Part shown: one piece after another, positions 46,626 to 56,499 of the stretch
Layout of the letters: each line of letters opens with the position of its first letter
How positions within the stretch are numbered: the stretch's first letter is position 1
Program-made: the position numbers and the translations under genes
Source of the DNA: Planctomycetota bacterium
Lineage (GTDB): Bacteria > Planctomycetota > UBA1135 > UBA2386
Direction of reading: 5' to 3'
NCBI GenBank assembly: GCA_947501605.1
Contig: CANMWZ010000006.1
Span: forward strand, 32,001-96,000
Length of the DNA stretch: 64,000 bases
The notes under the pieces: model-generated
Databases searched by the model: none
Seen by the model: the letters and a program-made list of their open reading frames with translations, nothing else
Told to the model about the DNA's origin: nothing

Positions 46626-48635
46626 TCACTTGCCGTCGACGACGATCTGCTGCCCGGGGACCACCGTGACATCGCGCCGCGCGATCGCGCGCCCGCGAAC
46701 GAAGAACACCACCGTCCACGACCCCGACGGCACCGCGGCCTCGCCCGGCAATCCGCGTTCGAGCGGCCCGCGCATCGCCACGTCGTCGCCGCGCACCACC
46801 GCGAACGCATCCGCCAGCGGGTGCATCGGCCGCACCACGCCGCCGCGCGCGAGTTCGACCACGACATCGTCCGTCGATTGTTGTGCCGTCACGACGACGC
46901 CGTGCACAACACCGACGCGCCCGGAACCATCCTGGGCCACGAAGTCCCAAGTGCCCTCCCGCAAGCGGCCGTACTCGAACCGACCATCGAGATCGACGCG
47001 CCCGCCGACCACTTCGCCGCCCGCGCGACGAAAGCCGCGCACGAACGTGTCTGGCTGCACTTCGCCCGAGCCGCTGACGCGTCCACGCAACGATCCGCTT
47101 ACCGATGCGACTTTGACCTCGAGCCCCGTTCGCCCCGCCGGCACGTTGACCGGTTCGCGCATCGCCAAGTCCTGGTCGTAGAGCTCCGTGGTGACCTCGT
47201 AATCGCCCGGCGCGAGGGACTCGATCGTGAACAGGCCGTCGCGATCGGTGACCGCCGAGGCCACCTGCGTGTCGCCCCTCATGGCATGCACTTCGAAGGC
47301 GCTGATCGGACGATTCCCCGGGCCGGTCAGTCGTCCTGAAATCGACAGCGAGCGCTGGACCTTCAGCTCCATGCGGGCGGTCGCGCCAGCCTGAACCTCG
47401 ACGCGAGCGCAGGGCGATACCCAACCCGGCGTCCCCTGCACGGCCAAAGCCCAGGATCCGGGATCGAGTTCCTTCAACTCAAAGCTGCCATCGGGTTCGG
47501 TCAGCACCGCGAGACCATCGACGTTCTCGGCGAGGACATCCAACACCGCATCGCCGTGGACCAGCACTGCCGCGACACGTGCAGAGGGCACCGGAGTCCC
47601 GGCCGCGTCGAGCACACGGCCTACAATGGCACCGAGCGACGTCAGTTGGATGCGATGGGCGTTGGCGCCGGACGCTAGTTCCAACGTCTGCGTCGCCGCC
47701 GCCGCGGTCCCCACTGGGGGCTGTACAGCAATCACCAGCGACACGGCGGCCGGGAGGTCGGCAAACCCACAGGCACCGCGATCGTCGAGCTGCGCGGTCC
47801 ACACTTCGGGCATGCCGCGCGGTGGCGCGTTGGCGGGATACACCAGCGACCACGGCATCGCCGTCACCGTGACCAGGCCATCGGGCAAGGGTTCGCCCGA
47901 GGCATCGACAACGGTGATCGACAAGTCCGCCGCAGTTGCCAATGGCACCTCGATGACGCCGTCTTCGCCAAAGCTCTTGGCGATCGGCACGACACGGCGC
48001 ATGGCGCGACCTTCTTTCTGCACGACCAAGAACTCGTAGTCACCGGCCACATCGATCGCGACCAGGCCCTCCGCATCGGTTACGGACTCGGTTTCCCCGT
48101 ACGGGTAGACGAGCACGTGTGCGCCCTCCAGCGGGGTATTGGCTTCGGCAGCGACCACGCGGCACCAGACTTGGCCACCGGCATCGGCAACGAGTACGGC
48201 GCGCGCCTCGACGACTTCCCCCGCTGTGGCAGTGACACGTTGGCGCAGCACGTTGCCGGCACGTGCGTCGGCAGGCTTGATCTCGATCCAGTGGCGGCCT
48301 GGCTTCAGTTCGAACTCGGCAATGCCGTTCTCGTCCGAGGTCTTGGGCGCAACCTTGCCGGGTTGAATCACGCAACCCGCGACCGGGACGCCGGCCCCGT
48401 TGCAAACCAACACCCGCACGATGGCGATTCCGGCTGCGGGCTTCGGCCGCGTCGGCCCGACCTCCGTGCGCCGATCGGGGCTCCTGGTCTCCGATTGCCG
48501 CGGCAGTTCCCGCTCTTGCATCTCCGTCTCGATCGGGACCTGCGCCACCACGGCGACTTCCTCGATCGGCCAGAAGAAGTACGCCAGCACAAAGGACGCG
48601 ACAGCCAAGAGCAGCAGCAGCAACGAGGAACGCAC
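46626..48635 (-). CDS. Membrane-anchored multi-repeat carboxypeptidase-regulatory-like domain protein
   Basis: TM SLLLLLLAVASFVLAYFFW; repeated G.V.D..G.P...A.V and TD..G.F....L.PG.Y/W units; GTG 48635 inferred. Confidence 0.82.
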   Translation of the reverse strand: MRSSLLLLLLAVASFVLAYFFWPIEEVAVVAQVPIETEMQERELPRQSETRSPDRRTEVGPTRPKPAAGIAIVRVLVCNGAGVPVAGCVIQPGKVAPKTSDENGIAEFELKPGRHWIEIKPADARAGNVLRQRVTATAGEVVEARAVLVADAGGQVWCRVVAAEANTPLEGAHVLVYPYGETESVTDAEGLVAIDVAGDYEFLVVQKEGRAMRRVVPIAKSFGEDGVIEVPLATAADLSITVVDASGEPLPDGLVTVTAMPWSLVYPANAPPRGMPEVWTAQLDDRGACGFADLPAAVSLVIAVQPPVGTAAAATQTLELASGANAHRIQLTSLGAIVGRVLDAAGTPVPSARVAAVLVHGDAVLDVLAENVDGLAVLTEPDGSFELKELDPGSWALAVQGTPGWVSPCARVEVQAGATARMELKVQRSLSISGRLTGPGNRPISAFEVHAMRGDTQVASAVTDRDGLFTIESLAPGDYEVTTELYDQDLAMREPVNVPAGRTGLEVKVASVSGSLRGRVSGSGEVQPDTFVRGFRRAGGEVVGGRVDLDGRFEYGRLREGTWDFVAQDGSGRVGVVHGVVVTAQQSTDDVVVELARGGVVRPMHPLADAFAVVRGDDVAMRGPLERGLPGEAAVPSGSWTVVFFVRGRAIARRDVTVVPGQQIVVDGK

Positions 48636-48983
48636 ATGGGGATTGGACCTCACGGAAGGGCAGTTGTCAGCCGGGCACCTTGCCGGACCCCCGATCGGCC
48701 TCGGGCTACCTGGCACCTGGCCGTACCATCGACCCAACGCCGCCGCCACGCCCGGCCAGGGGCGAGACGTTCGCACGATGCAGGTGTACGCGTGCTTCGC
48801 CCCGCTCTCATGCCGACAGCACCGCTCCTGGTCCAAGACCGGAGCACGGCGAGAGCGGGCAAGGACTAGATTCGGAACGGGATCTGGAGGTTCGGCAGTG
48901 AGTTCGCGACGCTGGCATCGGGCGTCGGGGCCGATCGCGGCTGCTGGTGCTTTCTGAATCCACTTCTAGACTCCCCCGCCCAG

Positions 48984-51900
48984 ATGACGACCGAGCTGCC
49001 CGCCAAGTACGAACCCGCCACCCTCGAACCCGCGGTGACCTCGCGTTGGCGCGAGCACAAGGCCTTCGCCGCCTTCCCCGACGCACGCGAGCATCGCTAC
49101 GTCGTCATGATGCCGCTGCCCAACGTCACCGGCGCGCTGCACATGGGGCACGCGATGGACAACGTCATGCAGGATCTGCTGATTCGTTGGCATCGCATGC
49201 GCGGCGACAACACGCTGTGGCAAGCGGGCACCGACCACGCCGGCATCGCCACCCAAGCGGTGGTCGAGAAGCGCCTCAAGGAAATCGAAGGCAAGACGCG
49301 CCACGACATCGGTCGCGAGGCTCTCGTCGAGCGCATCTGGGAATGGAAGGAGCAGAGTCAAAAGCGCATCATCGCGCAGCAGCAGGGCATGGGCTGCTCG
49401 TGCGACTGGGACCGCACCCGCTTCACCATGGATGCGGTGTGTGCCCGCGCTGTGCGCCACACGTTCTTCAAGATGTTCCGGGACGGACTCATCTTCCGCG
49501 GCAACCGACTCGTCAACTGGGACTGCGCGCTGCAGACCGCCGTCGCCGACGACGAGCTCTACAAGGAGACCGTTCAGGGCAAGTTCCACTACCTGCGCTA
49601 CCCGTTGCACGAACGCAAGCCCGGCGAGCCCGAGCACGTGATCGTGGCGACGACGCGGCCCGAGACGATGCTCGGCGACACCGCCGTCGCGATTCATCCC
49701 GATCCGGCGATGGCGTTGCGTGCCGCCATCGAGGCGCAGCGGCACAAGGTGCAAGGCGCCGCCGACAAGGAGCGCGCCGTCGCCGAACAGGAGCTCGAAC
49801 GCCTGCTGCAGCGCGAGCAAGAGTTGCTGCCGCATCTCATCCAGATCGCTGCCCTGGCCAAGCAGGGCCGCAAGATCACGCTGCCACTGACCGGCCGCAC
49901 GATCCCGCTGATCACGGACGAATGGGCCGATCCGGCGCTCGGCACCGGCTGCGTCAAGATCACGCCCGCGCACGACCCCAACGACTACCAAGTGTGGCAG
50001 CGGCACCGTTCGATCGGTGCAATCAACGTGCTGAATGGCAACGGCACGATCAGCGCCGAAGGCCCGTATCTCGGCCTCGATCGCTTCGACGCCCGCAAGC
50101 AGATCCTGCGGGACCTGCAGGCGCAGAACCTGGTCGAGAAGATCGAGGACCGCACGATTGAGATCGACCACAGCGACCGCAGCAAGACCATCGTCGAGCC
50201 GTGGCTCAGCAAGCAGTGGTTCGTGCACATGGCCGATGTCGACGGCGGCATCACCATGGGTGCTGGCACGCCAAAGCAGTTTCGCTCGAAGGGGCTCGCA
50301 CAAGCAGCACTCGACGCCGCCGCGGGGGCGCTGCCGGCATTGGCCGACGGCAACGCCCGCATGCAAGTGCGCTTCCATCCCGACCAGGACCGCTATCGCA
50401 AGATGTACGACCAGTGGCTTGCCGAGAAGCGCGACTGGTGCATCAGCCGCCAGCTCTGGTGGGGCCATCGCATTCCGGTGTGGCGCGGCGAGATGCAGAA
50501 GCAGCACCTCTTGATGCTCGAGTCGGTGCTGCAAGGCCAACTGCGGCGCGACGATGTCGCGGCCTGGATCGTGCTGCCCGACGGCTCGCGTCTGTCGGTC
50601 GCCGATGCGCTACTAGCCCTCAAGAGGGAAGGCGCGCCGGCCACCGTCGAAGTGCAGATCTGCTTCCGCGACGACACTGCCGACGCGACGACTGGTGTGG
50701 TGCTGCAAGGTGCCGGACTCGAACTCGATCCCGATGTCCTCGACACCTGGTTCAGTTCGGCATTGTGGCCTCACAGCACGCTGGGCTGGCCTGACCCTCT
50801 GTCCGCCAGGGTCGACCCCGGCCAACCGTCGCTCGGTGCGCGCGGCGACAACCAGAGCGCGCTCGACTACTGGTATCCCGGTTCGTGCCTCGTGACCGGC
50901 CGCGACATCATCACGCTGTGGGTCGCGCGCATGGTGATCACTGGGCTCTACAACCTTGGCGACGTGCCGTTCAGCGACGTCTTCTTGCACGCCACCATCC
51001 TCGATGGCAAGGGCGAGCGGATGAGCAAGAGCAAGGGCAACGGCATCGACCCGCTCGACATCATCAAGCGGTATGGCGCCGACGCACTTCGCTATGTGGT
51101 CTGCGAACTGCAGACCGGCACGCAGGACATTCGCTTGCCGGTGCAAGCGATCTCGCCGTTCACCAAAGACGGCGAGCCAGAGCAACTGATCGACCTCGCG
51201 ACCGCGAAGCCCGGTCCGTACCTTGGCACCTACATCGACCCCGTCACCAAACAGCCGTTCGATCTCGTCGGCCAGTACGGAAAGCAGGGGCTCGCGCCGG
51301 CGAAAGCTGTGAGCGATCGCTTCGCAGTCGGCGCCAACTTCTGCAACAAGCTGTTCAACGCGGCGCGGTTTGCCTTCCTCAACCTCGACGGCGCCTCGTT
51401 CACCGAGCGCCCGCTCGCGTCGCTGCCGCTCGAAGACCGCTGGATCCTGTCGCGCCTGGCGGCCGCCCATGCCAACGTGCACGGAGCCCTGTCGTCGTAC
51501 AACCCGGCTGCAGCGATTGCAGCAGCGCGTGAGTTCTTCTGGGGCGAGCTGTGTGACTGGTACCTCGAACTGGTCAAGCCGCGCTTCCGCGACGAGGCGC
51601 CGGCGGCCGAACGTGCCCTCGCGCAGCAGGTGCTCGCCGCCGTGCTCGACCAGACGCTGCGCATCCTGCACCCGTTCGTGCCGTTCTTGACCGAGACGCT
51701 CTGGCAAAACCTGTGCGACCTCGCGCCCGTCCGGGGTATCGATCGCGAACTCGAAGGGAGCGCGCTGCTGGTGCACGCGCGGTGGCCGGAACACACGGCA
51801 ACGTGGATTTCCGAGGAGGCCGACAGCGACCTCAAGTGCGTGCAGCAATGGTGCGCCGCGATCCGCGAAGCGCGCGCCAGCTACCAAGTCGCACCACGCA

Positions 51901-52286
51901 CGCGCATCGCGCTGCGGATCCAGGCGAGCGGTCAGACCGCCAAGATTCTGCTGCGCGGGCAAGCGCTCCTTGCGCACATGGCCACCGCCGAGTCGATCGC
52001 GATCTCCCCTACGCAGGAGCGTACACGAGATAGCGCCGCAGTCGTCGTCGGGGACGGAACGGCCTTCTTGCTCGGGGTCGTCGACCTCGACAAGGAACGC
52101 GACAAGCTGGGCAAGCAGCAGGACAAGCTGCGATCACAGATCGCGAGTATGGCGGCAAAGCTGGGCAACGAGGGCTTCCGCGCCAAAGCGCCGCCGCAGG
52201 TGATCGCGCAGCAGGAGGCGACCCTCCAGGGCCTACGCCAACAACTCCTCGCCGTCGAGCAAGGCCTGCGCGACCTCGACCACTGA
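48984..52286 (+). CDS. valS: Valine--tRNA ligase
   Basis: PNVTGALHMGH, GTDHAGIATQ, ATTRPETMLGD, GTGCVKITPAHDPND, DWCISRQLWWGHRIP, DVLDTWFSS, RMSKSKGN, C-terminal coiled coil. Confidence 0.98.
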   Translation: MTTELPAKYEPATLEPAVTSRWREHKAFAAFPDAREHRYVVMMPLPNVTGALHMGHAMDNVMQDLLIRWHRMRGDNTLWQAGTDHAGIATQAVVEKRLKEIEGKTRHDIGREALVERIWEWKEQSQKRIIAQQQGMGCSCDWDRTRFTMDAVCARAVRHTFFKMFRDGLIFRGNRLVNWDCALQTAVADDELYKETVQGKFHYLRYPLHERKPGEPEHVIVATTRPETMLGDTAVAIHPDPAMALRAAIEAQRHKVQGAADKERAVAEQELERLLQREQELLPHLIQIAALAKQGRKITLPLTGRTIPLITDEWADPALGTGCVKITPAHDPNDYQVWQRHRSIGAINVLNGNGTISAEGPYLGLDRFDARKQILRDLQAQNLVEKIEDRTIEIDHSDRSKTIVEPWLSKQWFVHMADVDGGITMGAGTPKQFRSKGLAQAALDAAAGALPALADGNARMQVRFHPDQDRYRKMYDQWLAEKRDWCISRQLWWGHRIPVWRGEMQKQHLLMLESVLQGQLRRDDVAAWIVLPDGSRLSVADALLALKREGAPATVEVQICFRDDTADATTGVVLQGAGLELDPDVLDTWFSSALWPHSTLGWPDPLSARVDPGQPSLGARGDNQSALDYWYPGSCLVTGRDIITLWVARMVITGLYNLGDVPFSDVFLHATILDGKGERMSKSKGNGIDPLDIIKRYGADALRYVVCELQTGTQDIRLPVQAISPFTKDGEPEQLIDLATAKPGPYLGTYIDPVTKQPFDLVGQYGKQGLAPAKAVSDRFAVGANFCNKLFNAARFAFLNLDGASFTERPLASLPLEDRWILSRLAAAHANVHGALSSYNPAAAIAAAREFFWGELCDWYLELVKPRFRDEAPAAERALAQQVLAAVLDQTLRILHPFVPFLTETLWQNLCDLAPVRGIDRELEGSALLVHARWPEHTATWISEEADSDLKCVQQWCAAIREARASYQVAPRTRIALRIQASGQTAKILLRGQALLAHMATAESIAISPTQERTRDSAAVVVGDGTAFLLGVVDLDKERDKLGKQQDKLRSQIASMAAKLGNEGFRAKAPPQVIAQQEATLQGLRQQLLAVEQGLRDLDH

Positions 52287-52328
52287 GCCCCCAGGTCGCC
52301 AAGGCGGGACGGGCCCCCAGGTCGCCAA
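52287..52328. repeat. Direct repeat GCCCCCAGGTCGCCAA x2 (26-bp period) immediately after valS
   Basis: Identical 16-mers at 52287-52302 and 52313-52328. Confidence 0.85.
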
Positions 52329-52513
52329 CGGCGTCGGGGCCCGTTGGCCGACCAAAGACTCCGGGCCACTCACGTGGACCGGAAAGGCCGCCGCCATGGC
52401 CGGAATGGTGGAACCGCGCCCGCCGGCGCGGCTATCCTCCGTCCTCCCGAACGACCCCACACCCGTCGAGCGCTCGACTCCCTGCCAACGTGCGCTCGCA
52501 AGGAAGCCCTCCC

Positions 52514-53494
52514 ATGTCCCTGATGCGCACGTCCCTCGCGCTCGGCAGCCTCCTGGCACCTCTGTGTGCCCAGGTCACCGAGATCCCCGCCATGACCACA
52601 GTGTCGACGCGCGTCGATGTCGATGCGCTGCCGGTGGGCCCAACGAACCTCGATGCCCTGCGCGGCGCCGGCAGCCCCTACACCGCGCAGATCGCGAACC
52701 TGGTACTCAGCCCGAACGTCGCAGTACAGGGCTTCTACAACTTCAACGTCGGCGGCGGTGAAGGCTTGGCGCGCGACGCGACGACCGGAGCCCTCTCAGT
52801 CGTGGCGCCGCTGTCGTTCTTCAACGCCTTCGACGCGACCATCGATCTGCAAGTGCCGGGCATCGAGTTCGGTTGCTCGGTCGGCGACTGGAGCGGTGGC
52901 CTGGTGATCGAGTTTCGCCGCCGCAGTGACAACTCGCTGGTTGCACAGATCAACTCATCACAGTTCGCGACCGTCGCTCCGAAGTTCTTTCAGACCACGG
53001 CACTCTTCGACCGCGTCGTCATCAAGGCCGACAGCGAGACCGGCAACTGGGTACTGACGGAGTTCCACATCCCCGCGAACGAGCCATGGGTCTCGTTCGG
53101 CACGGGCTGCGCCGGCACCGTCGGCATTCCGATCATGACCGCAGTCACTGCGCCCTCGCTCGGCGACCCGTTCAACCTCTCGATCAACAACATGCCGACC
53201 GCCGGCGGTGTCTACATCATGACGCTCGGCACCTCGGTCACGATCGACTCGCAGCTCGGGGTGCTCCCGATCGACCTTGGGCCGCTTGGTGCTCCCGGTT
53301 GCCCGATCCTGAGTTCCGTCGATTCGACGTTCTTCCAACTGCAGACAGCTGGAACGGCAACGTTCACCTTGCCAGTGCCAAGCCTCGTCGGCCTGCTGGG
53401 TCAGCGCTTCACCAATCAGGCCTTCGTCAGCGACGCGGCGAACGCGCTGGGCTTTGTCGCCAGCAACGCCGGTATCGGGACCATCCAGCCCTGA
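52514..53494 (+). CDS. Secreted beta-rich hypothetical protein with distinct C-terminal domain
   Basis: AAGGAAG Shine-Dalgarno, signal peptide (...LLAPLCA-Q); C-domain WVSFGTGCAG...PSLG...GAPGC...GTATFTLPVP...QAFVSD...SNAG. Confidence 0.82.
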   Translation: MSLMRTSLALGSLLAPLCAQVTEIPAMTTVSTRVDVDALPVGPTNLDALRGAGSPYTAQIANLVLSPNVAVQGFYNFNVGGGEGLARDATTGALSVVAPLSFFNAFDATIDLQVPGIEFGCSVGDWSGGLVIEFRRRSDNSLVAQINSSQFATVAPKFFQTTALFDRVVIKADSETGNWVLTEFHIPANEPWVSFGTGCAGTVGIPIMTAVTAPSLGDPFNLSINNMPTAGGVYIMTLGTSVTIDSQLGVLPIDLGPLGAPGCPILSSVDSTFFQLQTAGTATFTLPVPSLVGLLGQRFTNQAFVSDAANALGFVASNAGIGTIQP

Positions 53495-53554
53495 TGTCGA
53501 AGCCGCGGCGCGCAAGCGCGGCCCTGCGAAGCGCCGCGTAGGATCGGCCCGCCG

Positions 53555-54394
53555 ATGCCCGAGCTGCCAGAAGTCGAGACCGTTCGTCGTGGCGCCGAGC
53601 CGCTGCTCGCAGGCAGACGCCTCCTCGCGGTCGAATTGAAGCGGCACGACCTGCGCTTCCCGATCCCGCTCGAGGCGGTTCACGACCTTGCTGGCCGCAC
53701 CTGCCTGCGCATCGATCGCCGGTCGAAGTACCTCCTGCTGCGCTTCTCGGGCGACGGCATGCCGTCGGCCATCGTGCATCTGGGGATGACGGGGCGGTTC
53801 CTCGTCGACCCGATCGGAGCCCGCGCAGCGCGGCCGGAGTGGCGTCTGCACGAGCACTGGCGCATGGACTTCGGCGATCAACTAGTTCGCTTCATCGATC
53901 CACGCCGCTTCGGCATGCTCGACGTGGCGAGGGCCGAGACCTTTGCGACCCACAAGTTGCTTCGCGGACTCGGACAGGAACCGCTCGAAGAGGCATTCGA
54001 CGGCGCCTTCTTGTTCGCGTGCAAACGAGGCAAGAAGGCGAGCGTGAAGTCGATGCTGATGGACGGCCGCGTCCTGGTCGGGGTCGGCAACATCTACGCC
54101 AGCGAGGCCTGCCATCGCGCCCACGTGCGTCCGCGCCGCGCTGCGGGCACCCTCACTCTCGCCGAGTGCGAAGCACTTGCGTGTGCGATCCGCACGGTGC
54201 TCGCGAGCGCCATCGAGGCCGGGGGCACATCGTTCCGCGACTATGTCGGTGTCGGCGAAGAGCAGGGCTACTTCGCGCAGCAACTCGATGTCTACGAACG
54301 TGAAGGGGAACCGTGTCGCCGCTGCCGCTCGGCGATCCGTCGTACGACGGACGCGGGGCGAAGCACCTACTGGTGCGCCGGCTGCCAGCGCTGA
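53555..54394 (+). CDS. mutM: Formamidopyrimidine-DNA glycosylase (Fpg)
   Basis: MPELPEVET, HLGMTG, DPRRFG, GVGNIYASE, C-terminal zinc finger CRRC...CAGCQ. Confidence 0.97.
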   Translation: MPELPEVETVRRGAEPLLAGRRLLAVELKRHDLRFPIPLEAVHDLAGRTCLRIDRRSKYLLLRFSGDGMPSAIVHLGMTGRFLVDPIGARAARPEWRLHEHWRMDFGDQLVRFIDPRRFGMLDVARAETFATHKLLRGLGQEPLEEAFDGAFLFACKRGKKASVKSMLMDGRVLVGVGNIYASEACHRAHVRPRRAAGTLTLAECEALACAIRTVLASAIEAGGTSFRDYVGVGEEQGYFAQQLDVYEREGEPCRRCRSAIRRTTDAGRSTYWCAGCQR

Positions 54395-54400
54395 CCGACC

Positions 54401-55510
54401 TCAGAGATCGATATGGATGAACCACAGGAGCCGCACGCAGTCGCGGCGCGGTGAGTTCTCCACGCGCACGAGACCCAGCAGGGCGCGGAAGACCTCGCGC
54501 GTCGCCGGCGCGCGACCGGGAGGATCGGAGACGTAGGTCGACTCGTTGCTCACCAACAACCCGAGCGGACCGACCGTCCATTCGTCCTTTTCGGCTTCGT
54601 CCCTCACGCGGAAGAGCAACGGAAACCAGATGTGCGTGCCTTCGGTGTAGTCCTCGAGCTGCATGGATGCCGCGTGGGACTCGGTGCCGCGCTGCACCGA
54701 GAATGCGATCGACTCGCCGCGCGTGCCGCGATCGTGGACCATCGCCGCGAGGTCTTCGATGGGCGGCACGGGCCCGCCGTCGACGCGTTCGAGGACGTCG
54801 CCAGGACGGAAGCCCGCGACCCAGGCCGGCGAACCGACATCGACCGAGCCGATGATGATGCCGCTGCGGTCGTCGTCGAAGATCCGCTCGCTCCACTGTG
54901 GCGGGATTCCGCGCAGCACGACGCCGCAGTACGGATGGCGCGTCGTGACCTTCTGCAGCTCGATGCTCTCGACCTCCATCTTGCGTTCACGCACCCCCTG
55001 GGCGGTGAGATGCAAGTCGACCTCTTCCTGACCACGCAGCACGCACAGGACCACGGGGTCGCCGACCTTCAGCTTCTCCTCGCAGAGCGGGATCTGGTCG
55101 GCATAGACGGTCTTCGTGCCGGCGAGCGCGAGCACCACATCACCCACGAGGACACCACCGGCAAGGGCCGCCGAGCGCGGCGACGTGCCGGTCACGAGCA
55201 CGCCGCGATAGGGCTCGAGGCCCCGCTTCTGAGCCGCGTCGCGGTCGAGGTCCGCAGTCTGCAGACCGAGCGAAGCGCGCTCTCGGTGCCACAGGACCCG
55301 CACCTCGAGCTTCGGTTCGGAGCCGTTGCTCGCCTCGAGCACGAAAGTCTCGACCGCGCCGTCGCCGCGATCGTGCTTGGCGACCTCCACGGAATCGCGG
55401 AACGATCGGTCCTGGTAGGAGCGAACAGTGCACCCGGCCAACAGTGTGAGGCAGGTCAGAGCTAGCAGCAGCGAGGCACGTGCACGGTGGCGGAGCAGAA
55501 GAGTGTTCAC
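54401..55510 (-). CDS. Lipoprotein with two PDZ domains
   Basis: Lipobox LAGC; PDZ1 (SLGL...GVLVTG...SAALAGGV.VGDVVL), PDZ2 (GIIIGSV..GSPAWVAGFRPGD); no protease domain; GTGA overlap with the upstream gene. Confidence 0.82.
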   Translation of the reverse strand: MNTLLLRHRARASLLLALTCLTLLAGCTVRSYQDRSFRDSVEVAKHDRGDGAVETFVLEASNGSEPKLEVRVLWHRERASLGLQTADLDRDAAQKRGLEPYRGVLVTGTSPRSAALAGGVLVGDVVLALAGTKTVYADQIPLCEEKLKVGDPVVLCVLRGQEEVDLHLTAQGVRERKMEVESIELQKVTTRHPYCGVVLRGIPPQWSERIFDDDRSGIIIGSVDVGSPAWVAGFRPGDVLERVDGGPVPPIEDLAAMVHDRGTRGESIAFSVQRGTESHAASMQLEDYTEGTHIWFPLLFRVRDEAEKDEWTVGPLGLLVSNESTYVSDPPGRAPATREVFRALLGLVRVENSPRRDCVRLLWFIHIDL

Positions 55511-56499
55511 GACGGGTTCTCCTTGCGACTACGAAACCAGAGGACGCAGAGCACGACTCCGAACAGCAGGAGGAAGGCGTCGTCGACGGCATAGGCAATG
55601 CCCTCGACGCTGCGACCTTGACCACGGATCCGTTGCTCGAAGTGCGACAACGCCGGGCTGGCCATCTCGGGGCTCAGCTCGGCGTCGGTCGCAGCGGGCT
55701 CGGCCAATCCGACCCGCTCGCGGACGGCCGTACGAACGGCCGGCTCGCATATTTGCGCAACCAGCGCACTCGCAGCCAGGGCGTCGCTACCGTCGATCAC
55801 AGCGATGCCGATGGGCAACGCGCCGTTGAGTGAACGCACGTGAACTGAAGCGTTTAGTCCCAGCAGTAGATCGCTGACCAAAGGGTGCGGCAGAACCACC
55901 GCACTTGCGGTTCGCTGTTCGAGCTCCGCGACAATGCCCGCGTAGTCGCGAGGGTAGACCGCAATGCGAGCGTCGAGTGCGGTCCAGAGGCCGAAGGTCG
56001 CGGTGTCGGGGCGGCCCCGTTGATGCAGCTCGGCCATCGACAGGAGCCACGGGCCCGCATCGACCTCGGGCGGTGCGACGCGCAAGCCGTCACCCAACTC
56101 GGCAGCCAGCGCGAGCCGCTCCCAAGACCACGACTCCGTCGACGTCGGCAGAGGCGTAGCGACGCAGTAAGCGAGACTCCAGGGCAGCGCCACCAAGCCA
56201 TCGTACGACCGACGCAACGAAACGGACGCAGAGCCGAGCTCCTGGGGTAGCGGCGCAAAGGGATGGAGTGGCTGCAGCCGTTGCAGCAGGAGCCAGTCGC
56301 CGACCACCACGCTGCCCGCTTCGCAGCGAATCGCTGAGGGTGCCGAGGTCGTGACGATGGCGCTCTTGCCCAATTGGTCTCTGAGGGCGCGGGCGACCCG
56401 TTCACAAACCGGTTCGGGCAGCACAACCTCCACTGCGACCTGCGCGCCGAGCGGCGCCCACAGTGCCATCATCATCGCCGCATGTGCGAGCCCGTTCAC
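55507..56499 (-). CDS. Exported protein, possibly a degenerate type II solute-binding fold, with C-terminal TM anchor
   Basis: Signal-like N-terminus, SWSWERLA / LRVAPP / GIAVI pattern reminiscent of Fe/thiamine-type binding proteins, C-terminal TM FLLLFGVVLCVLWF plus basic tail; GTGA overlaps on both sides. Confidence 0.55.
   Translation of the reverse strand: MNGLAHAAMMMALWAPLGAQVAVEVVLPEPVCERVARALRDQLGKSAIVTTSAPSAIRCEAGSVVVGDWLLLQRLQPLHPFAPLPQELGSASVSLRRSYDGLVALPWSLAYCVATPLPTSTESWSWERLALAAELGDGLRVAPPEVDAGPWLLSMAELHQRGRPDTATFGLWTALDARIAVYPRDYAGIVAELEQRTASAVVLPHPLVSDLLLGLNASVHVRSLNGALPIGIAVIDGSDALAASALVAQICEPAVRTAVRERVGLAEPAATDAELSPEMASPALSHFEQRIRGQGRSVEGIAYAVDDAFLLLFGVVLCVLWFRSRKENPS

Noticed and set aside
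46403..52328. Short repeats (13-bp VNTR, 16-bp repeat after valS) as possible CRISPR arrays
   Set aside because: No unique spacers of 25-45 bp, too few or too short units, and no cas genes.
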